A stretch of DNA of 30,875 bases from Catajapyx aquilonaris (Eukaryota). The translations under genes and the position numbers were made by a program. The stretch spans positions 62,001 to 92,875 of the forward strand of contig KZ538250.1 of NCBI GenBank assembly GCA_000934665.2, in the 5' to 3' direction. Positions 1 through 13,197 of the stretch are shown piece by piece; within the stretch, counting starts at the first letter, position 1, and each line of letters begins with the position of its first letter. The notes under the pieces are model-generated. The model was not told where the DNA came from and did not search any database. It saw nothing but the letters and a program-made list of their open reading frames with translations.

Positions 1-3000
1 TCTGGCACAATCTCACCCCAATTAATGGTATTTTAAATAAGAGACCTCTCTGGTCCTTAGAATTTGTATAGTACTCAATTCCTGCGGATTTTGTCCAAAT
101 TATTCCTCTCTGCGAAGGAAAACATGTTTATAGTGAACTATATAGATTGAACTCCTACGCGAAATGTGTAGCTATAGGGGGCAACGTAGGTCATGTGAGG
201 TTATATCAGGTACGTTTTGCATATGGACAACAGGCCATGATTATAGAGTACGCTGGCCTCGTCACTGTATATACCTGCCCCCGATTTGTTTTGCTAAATC
301 CCATTCACATCCTGTTGTGATGGGGTGACACGTAAATTGGCATCGTCACTTTTTTGCCATCTGCTGTTTATCCTACGCATAGGGAGATCCTTAATTAGGG
401 TGTTTGTGCCATAGCTTGTCAGCGAGGCACGAAGACGTCGTTGACCCGCATCATCTAGTGGAGCTATGGTTAAAGAAATGAGATGCAGGAGGCAAATTCA
501 TTTCTTAGCGACGCGGAATATGAATGCGTGAAATGGCAAATCTGATTCTCCAATTTCCGTCTAACCATTATCCAGGGGAAATTAAGGAATTTAATGTGAA
601 TATCCTGCTTGACTTTCCTCGTATAATTTGTCACCTTAGCATTTACAGGAGTAGAGTATTTCTGTGTTCCTCATTCCGCATGCGCTAACAGGCTCTTTTC
701 ATACATAATGGATCCGTGTCTGCAGCCAGGACACCGCGTCTGCATGTAAATCCGCAACCCCCTTCGTATCTCCCAGGTATGCAAATGAGTAATTAAACCA
801 GTTCCGGGATATTACGAGAATTGCAATCTCTCTCGGTTGCCTGGCATGGCGACTGAAACCTAGAGACTTCAAAGCCGGCGACCCCAGTTTGTTCCTTCCT
901 CCCCTCCCCCCGCCCATTTCTATCCACCCCACTTATCTACTTACATAAGCAGTCCGTGGTGCAGGGTGTGCCATAAGTTTCCTTACCACAGCCTCCGAGT
1001 AGGGTCGCAACATGGGAAGGCGAGTGACAACCGTGAGAAGGGCTTGACCTTATGGCTCACCACACCTACGGATATGACGCGATTTTGACGGGAATTTTGC
1101 TGATGAACGTGCATGTTGCCAGGGGCGAAATTGTTTGAAAAAATAATTAATTCATGCAGAAGTACGTGATTCTCACACAATTTGCGTGCGACAAAGGTTA
1201 TTTTTACGTACGTGAGACTTGGCTGTAATTAGGTCGAATTTCTTAGTTAAATACAGCTCTCAAAGGTCTACCCACTTGTTGGAAAACGGCCATCCTTTGC
1301 CGCCTGCTGTGTGGTTCCAATATGAACCTCGGCTCTCGGTGCAATATATCTAGTAGGATTTGCGATGACGTAAAGGTGAGCTCTCATCGACTCTCCGTTG
1401 GTAGAATGGTCATACCTGCGAACAAAAGCTCTTAAGTCCACTGCAGTAAATTGATTTTTAGGCCATGAGCCATGGGCTGAAGGGGAGGCGCTTTGCTACA
1501 CAGTATTCGGTGGTGCACTTCCTGACGAGAAGAAAAGTGCTTTTATAGCCCGCCTAGGTTTGGTCGTGACAATAATACGTTCAAGTTCTCTTTCTTTTCT
1601 GGTTACCGTGTACTAACACCGAGTGAAGATAGCAATTTGCCAGTTGTTGATAGGCTGATGCTAAATAAGTCAGTTACTTCCGTTTTCTGTTAGTACTTTA
1701 GCTTTTGGATAGCTATATTAGTCAGTTCAGTGCTCCTGGATACACCCCATTGTAACATTTTGTCGGGAATGTTCGTTATAACGGACTTTCCCGCCAAAAT
1801 ATTTAGCGGTATACAGATTTCGCTGAATATTTGCACATTTCATTTATGCCCTGCCTGTTCTGTAATCCCGGTAACTGGATCATGTCAAACGGCTTAGGTG
1901 CACTCAAATTATTGCGAAGAAATCTTTCCTGATGATCTAACGTAACGTGGATGAGCGCACAGCCTGTTTTCATTCGCCATTGGCTGCAATGGCAGAAAAT
2001 GAGAACTAAACAAAGGAGACGTTTGCTAGTCGTCGGAGTGATGCCGACAGAGCGTAGTGTCAAGTGGCTCTTTGCCTTTGCCTCCTGAAGATTTGCCTTA
2101 TCACGTTTTTCAGCCGGTCGATGTCTCGGTTCATTTCGGCGTCACCTTGGTTATATCGCTGTTGTTGTTGGCCAAAATGGTTCCTTCTGAAACACGATAT
2201 GGCACTTAATTTGGGCAAATTGACCCACTTCTCCAGCGCAAGGGGTTCAAACGATCTGTTTTTATGCTCGACTCCGGAGCAGTTATGCCTAGATGACTTA
2301 CGAGAAAGCCTATAGTAATGTCCATATGAGTGACACGCTCTGTGTCAAACTGGAGTTTAGGCCAATCAGGTCAGTTTTCTGCCTCCTTAATCTGAATTTT
2401 CAGAACTCAGAGTGTGGTTACATACCTTGATAGTCTAAAACAGGCAGAATGAGAATACCAGTGGCTAATATTGCTCGCAGACGACGACGCAGCAGTTTGG
2501 CTGTCACGCACGAGTATTCCCGAGGCCTGTGTGGGGGTAGAGCCGGGCCAGCATTTCCTGAGCTGAAAGAGGGAAAGAGCAGAATAATATCACGAAGATC
2601 CTTCGATGCATGAAGCCTGCACTTGGCAAGTCGAGGTCCAGCCTTGCCCAGGAATCCCACTATCGAGCTGCAGAGAAACAGCGGGAGAGGAGAGAAAGAA
2701 CGCTATTCGTCCCGCTTGCCTTTTTCTTTATCTTCTTCCTTTCCCAAGTGGAGAAAGAAAGAAGGAATTGACCTCAATCCTTCCCTCGAAACAGTCAGCA
2801 TGGATGAGTACCTAAAAATAGAGTTCCTCCGTTTCACTCGCGGTGTGATGCATAAATTGTTTACAGTTTCGACAAGGCAAAGCACCAAGGAGCCCTAACC
2901 GCGGAAATTCGAATCCTGCTTTTCTGCACAGCGAGGCACAACGGAATTTCAAATTATAATGACAGTTTAATATTGCACTGTAACCAGTGTGGCTAAGTTT

Positions 3001-6000
3001 GCACGTTAACAATTAGTGGAGAAGCAGTTTTATTTTAAATTACCGCTAATATTCTCACGCTGTTAAAATAATTAAGAAACTTATGTACAATTAAATATTT
3101 GTTAACTTCATGTGAGATGTGTCGCTTGAGATATGCCGGAATTAGGGTTAAAAAGTTTAATTTATTTAGAGATTAGGGCAAACTTGATATGGAATGTCGC
3201 CTGCACTATACGAGCAGATTTCTTTTCGAAATTCTATTAGCATAAGCGGATTTTTAGGATATGGAAGAAAAACTCGTGTTTCAGATAAGTTGGAAAATAG
3301 GACGACATGCGAATTCCTTGATGAAGCATGTGAACGTATCATGTGACAGATAATACGTCATCACATTGTCTGTCAGCGTAAAGACGTTTTAACTCCAGAA
3401 ACTGGGGAGGGGGCCAATTTTACGAAATCACAATTTTCAAACCTTCAGGGGCAGTTAAGAAAGTATTTTAAATGCTAATACCCATCCCATTGCCATATTA
3501 AATGCATATTAATAAATATAAATATATAAATATGTAAATAAATATAAATATTAAATGCATGCAGCATTACGGCAGTGCCATATCAGTCTATAGTAATAGT
3601 AGTTTTGGCAAGAGTTTTGGCATAGCCAGTATCATACTGGAGAATGTAACCCAATATGCCAGGGAAATGAAAGTTATCCTGGCAGTCCTGCAACCTTTCA
3701 GTCTCTCTTGTTGTTCGGCACAGCGTCATTCAGGGACACATTGTTTTACGTTTTAACAAGTCAGTGCCCAGATTCGTAATTTTACGAATAATATTCCAAC
3801 ATTGATGTTGTTATTTCAAAATTAATTGAGTGATATTAACGGCCGGTTGTATAGAAGCAAATTAGGCAATATTCCCGGATTAATAGAGAAATGCACAATA
3901 CCTAATACGACATAATCGGATATTTCTATTTGCTTTATAAATACAACAGGCCTTCAGTTGACATTTAATCCACTTTAGCCTACAGCGATTTCCTAGTAAC
4001 TTTAAGTTGGTTACGCATTACATCAACTCGGTCCCTATGGCATGACTCACTTTTTGATTGCATTTCGGAGCTGTGGAGGTTTTCTTTACCGAAAGTTTTG
4101 ACACCTTCTGACACTTCTATACAAACATGGACGTATTCTGACTCCCACCCATCACCCGCCTGAGCGACTCAATCGATCCTGTTTATTCTTTTCGTTCCAT
4201 CTCCAGCCACAAAATATCAGACCGTCCTTTCCAATACGGGACCGAACGTCCATTCTATTTAGCATGCATAAACGGACTGCACCTCTGAGGGCATTCTGCA
4301 AAGTTTTGCCATTTTGAACGGCATTGTTGCAAGTAATCACTGCACAGCGCTGCGAAAAGCGCATCGGAGAAGAACACTGCCAACCTTCTCGATCGGATTG
4401 CAAATTCACTCAGCCGTCCGACTTGATAGAACCGACTACAGCCAGCACAATTGAAGCTCATGCAGGTGGTAATGAAAGTTTCCGGCGTGCCATTCTTCCA
4501 CTGTAGAAACCCCCCCCCCCTCTCCCCCATCATCTTATCTTTTCTTCGGCTTTGGCGATAATATCAGATTTATGAAGAGAGGAAAATCGGTCCCGTCATT
4601 CAAGAAGAGAGAAAAGTGGAATATATATTCAATGCCAGGGACTATAAATGACGGCGATCTTTAATGGGCCTCGGGGAAACCCTGAATGGAGTGGAACTCT
4701 TGGGGACTTGACTGAATTGGGTTAAGCTTCATATTTTTGGGGGAACGAAATTATACACTTTGCACGCCCGAGGTGCTGCGTAGGGGCAGGTTTAATTTTG
4801 TTACTTTACAGTATATGCACTCTGATGAATGCTGTTTAAGGGAAATAACCGAATTATATATGTGTCAGTAACGTTTTTGCGGGGGAAAGTTAGGCGTCAT
4901 TATACGTTTGATCATTACGTTACCTGAGTTGGACATTTTGCATATTTAATCACCACATCCTCTGATGTGAGTAAAACTTGTTGCTACTATGTGTTCTTTT
5001 CTCATTACTAAATGTACAGTTAGCTATGGTGTCACTTTAATATTGTTTCTATACCGCAAAGTGCTTAGAGAGCAAATTAACTACAATGTAATAATACATG
5101 CTGTACAAATTTCTCTAAAGCTGGATTGTTCCTGACTGTTGTTACGGTCGATACGAACGTGTAGTTCACACTTCAATATGCTCGTGACGATCTTCGCGAA
5201 TAGATAGACTACCTAAAAAAGCTAAGTCAGCTGGCTATTGGCTACACATTCATTACGCTTGACTAAAAATCGTACTATCGCAACAGTCACCAGCGATTGG
5301 TCCATTCAAACTTTGCTCCGTAACGACCGTCCGGAATAACCCACCGTCCTAGTTTCACATAAACCAAGTGGCGCAACTGCGTTGACAGGACTCGAAATTA
5401 ATTTGCGATTGAACACGCGCCTAATTACACGAGTAGTGAGAGTATGGCTAGCATCTGAAACCTCCATGCCCAGCCAGACACACTACTGCAAATCAATCCC
5501 TAGCTCTCTGACGCTGCTTTATGACTCTTTTTGCACGTACGAGCACATTCGAAAAGCGTCCCGCTCGTAAAGACTGGGTCACACATCATTCATTCTCCTC
5601 CATTTGAATAGAAGGCTGCTGTTGCATAGGGAGCGAGCACACCGATTGCTTGGCGGTCTGTTCGTTCCTATATAGCGAAATGCGATGAGCTTGCTCGCTC
5701 GTCCTCATTTGACACGGCATTTCGAAGCAGGCGGGATGACGGAACTCCAGAGTATCTCCCAGGTGAAAAGACTTGATTTGACTGGGGCTCACTTGTCACA
5801 ACCTCAAATCTATCTTCCTTTCTTCGAGGGTCTTTGAAGATTGCCGTTCCCTTGAATTTCAGATTAGCCTCTATCCCTTTCTTCCAGTACGCTGGAAGAG
5901 GAGGATTGGGACTCTCAACAATTTCTCTTCCTTCTCTCTGCCCGCTGTCAACTCAAACTTGCAATTTGAGCTCCTCATCCCTCCTTTTGCCACCCTCTCC

Positions 6001-7174
6001 CGTTCTTCCAAGCCCGGAACGTTACCATCAGTCATCGAGAGATCAAAGTCATCATTATCATCTTCACTACTCTACTGCTTTATGCGTAGTGTCAGCCACC
6101 TAGGATTCTGATTGGGTCCGATGTACTGGCTTGGAAAGAAAATTAGCATTTTGCATAATATTAACATACGCCAATGGCAAGGTTCGTTTTAGCAACATTC
6201 GCGTGCAGGTGGACAGCCAATGATTGCTACTGGTCGAATTGGCATACTAACAGAGCTCCCTTGCTGTAGTTTGCAGATATTTTTAAGGGCGTGAGGCCTG
6301 ATTATTCCTTCATGAGCTGGTATCTTGCTCCACCGCAAGTTATTAGGCCGTTATATCGCCATTCAATTTCCATATTTCATTGGGCATCTTCCGCATTCCC
6401 GAACAGGGCCCTAAATGTCGCCGGACTCCACTTTTTACGCCCTCCCTGCACACGCTGTTCAGCAGCTTCCATTCTTTGCTTACGATGGGAGAACCTACTC
6501 CAGCTGAGCAAAAGCAGCAATAACTCCACCGTAGCCTCGATTACATTGTTCCAATCTAGTTTGTGATAGCCGACGTTATGTCAAAATACCCTAAATTGCG
6601 TCTAATTCATCACGACAAAAAGATGGTGTCCCCTGGCTGGCCTCATTCCTCCCTCGATTCGATCTCTGGCTCATTTATTCCTTCATTCCTAACCCCCCCT
6701 CATTCATCCCCAGCACTTGATCCCGGATACAAATACTTCCCATTTGGAAGTGGCGCTGAAGTATGTCAACCTGTCACAAGTATTTCAGTCGTAATGGATG
6801 GTCGGGCCTGAATATTCCAATAACGGAAACACAGTCTTCCTCCGGAAGGAAAGAAAGAGAGAGAATAGGCGTGATAAATTTCCCTTTGGCTGCTGCGACT
6901 GGGAGGCTCGTATTTTCTCCAGCTACGAGGGAGAGATGGTAGAAGGGGCCAGAGGGGGGTGCAAGGTAGTTAGTTGCACGAGGGCGTGGCGTTTCCAATT
7001 CGCTTCTTGCAAACCCCAATTCACTCGGCAAATTCCGCCCTATTGGGTTCACCACCTGGCAAGGGAGAGGAAAAAAACTGCTAGGGAAGAAATACCTTGC
7101 TTTCCCTATGGCCACTTACTGTAGGTTTTTTTCCGATATTTATACTTTTCCCCAGTTTAAAGTTGCTCTGTATA

Positions 7175-7351
7175 TAGGGTGTTTCTTATTTGCCTCAGAT
7201 GTTTCAAACACATAGGCCCCATTAAAATATCCTGACCGGTATGCATCCCTCTTTTCACATTTTAATAAAAACTGCTACCATGTTGCTTTAATTGAAACTG
7301 TACCACCAGTACTCCATGTCCGAGAGCTTACTCGAATCATGAAACATCCTG
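7175..7351. mobile_element. Degenerate Tc1/mariner-type MITE relic
   Basis: TA-TAGGGTGTTTCTT at the left and reverse complement TA-CAGGATGTTTCAT at the right, both near the CAGGGTGTTTC terminus type. TA flanks both ends, but the match is short. Confidence 0.45.
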
Positions 7352-10300
7352 TACAGTCCGTCACACCTTGAGTACATTAATTACATACTCCACAGCAGTG
7401 TGACAGGTTTAGAAAATAATTCATTTCACTGCACCCACTACGTTAACATGTCAGTTACCTTTAGAGAAGTGACATGATTTACACATTCCACTTAGCTTCG
7501 ACCGTTCTCCTCCCCAGTAACAGCGCTAATTTCAAGGAGGACGGAATATTTACCTTCCAGAAAGATTGACGTGTACGGCAGATGTTCGTGTCTTCCCCTG
7601 CTTTTCTTCTCGTAATGCCACTTTACTAAAGTACTTGCACAAACACATTTGCGGAGATTTGCTCCCACAAGCACTTTCGAGTTGAGAACGTTTGGCTTGA
7701 AACGGCGACACGAGTGCTCCGCCTGTGTTGTGGGTGCCTCATCTGCAATGGTGCGAGCCTCATCACGCAATGACACCATTACACGCCCTGCCTAAAACCG
7801 GCGTTGAGGAATAACGTCTGCAGGGACGTATCCGCGTTGCCATTTGCACTAAACATGGCACCGTCAATCTTGAAGTTAAAGTTACTAGAGTTATTTAAAA
7901 ACAACGTCGTATTGGCCCATTCAGTGGCGAAATTAACTGTTTCAGGTAATAACAAGGCAGTTCCAAGCCTAGCTGGCACCAGTTCTCCCTCCCACTTACG
8001 GCCCGTGTACTCTGGAGCCGAACCTGTGTCAGTGGGCGGAGCGACCGTCATTGCAATCTTTGGTGACCCGAATAATGGGGGGTATCTGGCGGACCCATCA
8101 TCATCATTCCAATATTGGGGTCGGGCCAGCAGTTTCGATTTGCAAGCCAAATCCGCCGGGCTACCTATCCGATGTGGATTAGGCCCGGAAATCCCGAAAA
8201 GCACTCGTCTTTGGGGAGCACCTCTATTAATTCTGGTGTCAATTAAGCGCGAGCTTCCGGGCGCCTGTGTTGGGCGGGAACGGTCACAGGGTTTCAGTCC
8301 GACGCGTCATAGGCGACAATGACAAATGCAGCCTGAGGAAAATCCATCCCATCACATGAATCCCCACCCAGCTAACTCTCATCTGCCTTCCATCCTCAAA
8401 ACCCCTTGCTCGTTATCCGGTCCTCATTTTTCACCCGACTAAATAATTCCGTCATAGCCTAAAGTAACCCTGTAATGTACAGCTCTTTTTTTCCTCTTTT
8501 ACGCGATAACAAGACAGGAAAGTCCGTAACGCGATCATCACTCCTAGGATTGATTTAGTAGCTTATCCTCTGCATCGTCTGTACCTAGCTCTTCTCTTTT
8601 CCAAAAAAAAGGCGCCTGATAAGAAAGCTTCATTTGCATAATGAGTTTAGTATCTAGAGAATCGTAGGTTCTGGCAAGGCTGGCAGACAGGCGAGGGGCG
8701 GATGGGGGGCAGAAGTGCCGAGGCTTAATGGAGTTTGAGGCAGAATAAGGGCGTTTCATTTGATGAGCAGGCTAATGGGCCTGCGTGTCGGCTGCTTGCT
8801 TGCTCGCTTGCTTGCATGTTAAGGCCTTCCAAAGACGTTGTCAAATAAAGGACCGGACGGCAAGATTACGTGGTGCAAGCCTTGACTGTCCGGGCTTGAT
8901 TGTTGTCGGGAAAGGTGTCTGTGGCGACCTGCACTCGGTTAATATTGTTCTGCCGCGATGGCACGCAGGGGACCACTTGGAGCAATCCTGCCACCCGGGC
9001 CCTGGTTGGGGACTCTGCCACTTGGCAGCCGAGAGTTGCCGTCATTCTTGCCCAAGGATGGGTGTGAATGAGTAATTGGTCCTGGGTATTTTTCAGGTGG
9101 GGGAAAATAGTGCCGAATAGTACGACCCTTGAACTATCAATAGGAGTTCTGTGGTCACACCGGGTCTTTTATTGGTTCGCAAAGTTCAGTCAATAGTGAA
9201 GGTTTGGTAATTTTTTTTCCGGGCTAATATGAAGGCGAGAGAAAAATATGCATGGGTGCGCGTTGCTGTGTAGCGCTTACACCAATGCGACACCGCACGG
9301 AGCATCTAATTAGCGTGATGCTTATACCTTATTCATGGTTTCATCCTATTTTAATTCTGTTACCAGTGTCGCCACAAAACCGCGATGAGCATGTTTTTCA
9401 AAGCAGGCTGTAAAGTTAGACCTACAATGTTATAGGGTGACATTCAATTACGATCTGAGTGTAGTAACGCTCAAGTTATCACTGTACTATACACTGGATG
9501 TAGGTCAAGTATAGACGTTCCCCCCAACTGTCAAGCACAGTTTTCCCACGTGAAATGACTATTTTCGGGGAAGAGCTGCGCGATGGCGAGACTTCTCACC
9601 AGACACAGTAGTGAAAAATGGGAATTCATCAAGGAATTCACGTCGGGTTCACTGTCGCAGACCTCAAACCATTTCGTTACAGTCGCCCAAGCACTAAGTA
9701 GATTTAGACTGCAGTAAACCTGATATTGCTGAGCCTTCGTCTTTACGCGTACAGTATCATGAGATCTAAAGTTCATGCCCTGAGTTTGAAGGGAAAATAT
9801 GGGCCAGGATTTTGGGCATCTGGATGCTCTCTTTAACAAAAAAAAAACAACTGAAAAATTACTAGACGAACTAATGAAATAAATAATTCGCTAGTCGCAT
9901 GTGAGTCTACGTACTTTGTCAATGTAAAATTTCAACAGCAACACATTTTTGGTACAAATAGTGCAGATCTGAACTAAATTACGAATTTATGAAAGCGTAC
10001 TAAATGGGGGTACACGTCGTAGTTTTTTTGCCGTCGTGATAGTAGGTTTTACGTCACCTGACACAGTGGTAATAGCGCTAGCCGCAAGGTTATATTCTCG
10101 TCCAGTTTTGGAAGAGCATTTACGTATTGAACTGAATAATTATTTATTCAGCTATGCAAACGAGGTTTCACAGTATTACATTTTACTGTACGGGGTGTTG
10201 CAAATGTCATAGCAGGTTTGCATCTACAGTGTTTGCATCTTTGCATGGCATTTCAACAGTATGGTATATGACCTATGCTTATCAACATTTAATACACGTC

Positions 10301-10373
10301 ACTTTTAATTTACTCGATGCACACGACAGGTCATTCGGGAATTCCCGGACTCGAATGTGGGTACGAGCTATTA

Positions 10374-10393
10374 CATTCATTCATTCATTCATT
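10374..10393. repeat. (CATT)5 microsatellite, possibly the (AATG)n tail of a minus-strand truncated retroelement
   Basis: The repeat is read directly. An adjacent inverted repeat at about 10422-10450 would sit just upstream of it on the minus strand. No 5' head was found. Confidence 0.7.
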
Positions 10394-11546
10394 TACATCA
10401 CAGCATGTCCCTATGAAGGTAGCCAGTGATAACGAATAAGTCACCAGTGGAAATGTAGCACTCCTCACAAAACCACGAATTCTCATATGCATTGGTCCTT
10501 GCATTGGTCAGATGCTCAGAAATGAGATGAAGTGTTTGATAATAATTATGATATCGATGACATAGTAGTTTACTATTGTTGTTCTGTGATTTATCTGTCC
10601 AATTCCGAGCAATTTGCTAAATACCGTATAATAAAGGCGAGAAATTGTTCGTGTCAAGGTATTCGTCGAGTCTAAGTAGGGCTTCTTTTCGGTGTCCGTA
10701 CCGAATACGTCATCACTCATCAAACAGCTTACGCAAGTGTCTGCCCTAGGCGCCTTAATTAATGGCAGCCATTATAATGTCGTTTCTGCAACTGGAAGGT
10801 ATAATGAACGAGGTCCAACAGGACAGGCTAGGAGAAAAATACGTTAGAAAAAGCACGTAATTTGGCTGTTCTCAAAGAAACAAGATTTTCCTCCAGGCCA
10901 TCACTATAGACTTACTCTGAGCCAGACCTTGACGAACTTGAGGGAGAAAAAACAGGAGACGCAATTCATTTCTGCAACGAAACCTTATCATTAGTCGTAC
11001 AGTACAGCAGCACCGTCCCACAATAGCGTCTCTTTCAAGAAGTTTCACTTTATCCTGTAACTATATTACATAACCATGAGTACGGGTGTGGGTCTGACGG
11101 GATTCAATAAATAAGTGAGTAAACATGCAACACTGCAGGATAAGGCTGGTTTCGTACATTAAATAAGCAATATCTGGCCCCTAAACGGCTTTTAGACTCT
11201 TGCGCCGTTCCGCTGCTTAATTATGAAAGTGGTCAGGGGGCGAGTCCCACTTCAGTACAGTATAATTACTTTATGGATCGTGTAACAGTGTTGGGACAAA
11301 GGGGGGGAAGAGCTTTGATGCTCTGCTACACTTCTCCCTCCGCACGATATATGTAGGCTTATATCATTGCTGTTATTGGTTGGCGTCTGCTCTCTAACCA
11401 ACTTGACTTTGACCGCCGTAATTAATTAGCTGCCCGTTTCGCTTAGGGCAAGACTATTATATTGTTGTGTTCTATTCTTGCCTAGAGTTTGGTCGAAGTC
11501 GGAGCCGCAAAATGCCTTCTGACAAATGCTTCTTGTTTATTTACAG

Positions 11547-11739
11547 ATTCCACCGAGGATCGCCGAAGCTGAGCGAAGCCCTGGTCATGTCAATGTCCAG
11601 AGACCCGCTGGTCCCTATCCTATGGCAGCCACATCTGGAAGCCATGGACCGTCGGGTCAGACTCATACTCCAGGTGATCCGCGAGTGTGTCAACCGAGTG
11701 GGGCGTCCAGAGAACGTGGTTGTGGTCGACGTCACGTAG
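11547..11739 (+). CDS. FAM20C: Terminal coding exon of a FAM20C-family (Golgi casein kinase / extracellular Ser/Thr kinase) gene; upstream exons are outside the window
   Basis: Acceptor tgcttcttgtttatttacAG ends at 11546. After one phase-2 base the exon reads FHRGSPKLSEALVMSMSRDPLVPILWQPHLEAMDRRVRLILQVIRECVNRVGRPENVVVVDVT*. This matches the FAM20A/C C-terminal pattern (LS..M..S...D...P.L.QPHLEALDRR....L......C). The ORF track's upstream residues (11467-11546) are intronic. Confidence 0.92.
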
Positions 11740-12716
11740 CCTGGATCACCGACACACTCTCAATTTTCACTCTAATATGCTGGCGACACCCGTACCTGCC
11801 CCATCCTCCACTCCCCCTGTCCAATTCCCTCATCCTTATCCTTAAGAAGAAAGAAAAACCTCGGGAAAAAAATATTGGTTGCCCCCCAAGAGAGAGAGAG
11901 AAGAACTAGCCTACAATATGTCCAAGTGTTTTTGAAGAGAAAAAAAAACGTGTTGCCAAAAACCCAGGAACAGGCTGACCATTCTACACTTGTGCTGCAT
12001 GGAAGGCCCCAGTCGGACATCTAGTCAATGTTCGTGGAGATCACATTGTTGTCTGTTCTTCCTCAGAAAAAAAAGGATGGCTATTGACGTATAACTGCTA
12101 AGGGTGATACACAAGATGGGGGAAATGGTGCCATCCCTCCATTATTTTTTTTTGTTATTATTATTATTCTTATTTTGGCGCTCGTCTGCCATCTTGGAAC
12201 TAGTGTACACCAATATGTTTGGGGATATACCGAAGTTTATGTGTTGCATGGGTGGTTTAATCGCCTGGGCGGAATAGAGGAAGGAAACCATGTCATTTTA
12301 CACTGATTTTTTTTGCCTCTCTTCCTTTCTTGACGGTGTGAGGGAAGAGATGGGGATGGGTGAACAACTTTGGACCGCTTGCTGCTACTGGTTCCACCTT
12401 ACTTTTTTGTGAGACTGCTCAGCGGCTTATCGATTTTGAGGATAACTGCTTAGAGAGGAGACCTGCTGGTGGTATAAAAGGGATAAAAAAGAAAAAATAT
12501 ATATATTAGACGTCCTTGTTGATGTTTGTAAAGGACAAAAGCACAGAGCAGATAAATCCTCACTATAAGTGACACTGATTTATCCTTCCCCTTGTTTCGT
12601 CCTAGTGATTCTAATTGTTGTTGAAATATAAATTAATCGGTAAATTTATTTATATGCTTTGTTGAACGGATCAACTGGCCATACGTGTTATGTTTATTGT
12701 AACGCGCCATATTCAC

Positions 12717-12812
12717 TATTATTATTAATATTAATATTATTATTGCTATTATTATTGCTCTTATTATTGTTATTATATTATTATTAATATTATTATTAAT
12801 ATTATCATTATT
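12717..12812. repeat. Imperfect (ATT)n microsatellite / low-complexity tract
   Basis: Degenerate ATT/AAT run; it explains the Ile/Asn-rich pseudo-ORF at 12633-12893. Confidence 0.9.
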
Positions 12813-12953
12813 GCTTCTGTATATGTGCACTAAACACGCGCAGATTTTTGGGGTTGGGGGACCAGCCAGTACATTATGTACAGCTTTCAACATATCGATC
12901 CTCTGGTAAATAGTCTGAGAGGCCCCAGAATTTATATATCAATACTGTGTAAA

Positions 12954-13197
12954 CAGGGTGTCCCCAAAAGACATAAAAAGTATGAAAAACAATGTGCATA
13001 TTTAAAAACATAATACGTCGCGCTTATAGTGTTTTGTTCCTTCTATATACATCCCGGCGAATGATCGAGTATGATGGGGTTCAACTCATTTCATGATTGA
13101 ACAGTTTGTTCACATGCCAGGAAGTATATCTAGTAGGAACACCGCATTTCCATGTTGTTATTGTTGTTGTTGACGATTTGTTTTTTGGGACACCCTA
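12954..13197. mobile_element. Degenerate Tc1/mariner-type MITE inside the predicted 3' UTR
   Basis: Left CAGGGTGTCCCCAAAAGACA versus reverse complement of the right end TAGGGTGTCCCAAAAAACA. TA flanks the right side; the left flank is AA (presumed mutated TA). Confidence 0.65.

Noticed and set aside
1510..1545. Hammerhead ribozyme core (CTGACGA...GAAA); also CTGAGGA in SINE A and other CTGANGA hits
   Set aside because: No stem II / stem III / NUH topology can be built at any site I examined.
9026..9075. Resemblance to the Deu/Nin SINE core (...CCAAGGATGGGTGTGAATGAGTA)
   Set aside because: Based on a remembered consensus with many mismatches, and there is no head or tail; it needs an nhmmer/Dfam test.
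12633..12893. ORF with an apparent transmembrane/Asn-rich segment
   Set aside because: Translation of the (ATT)n microsatellite.
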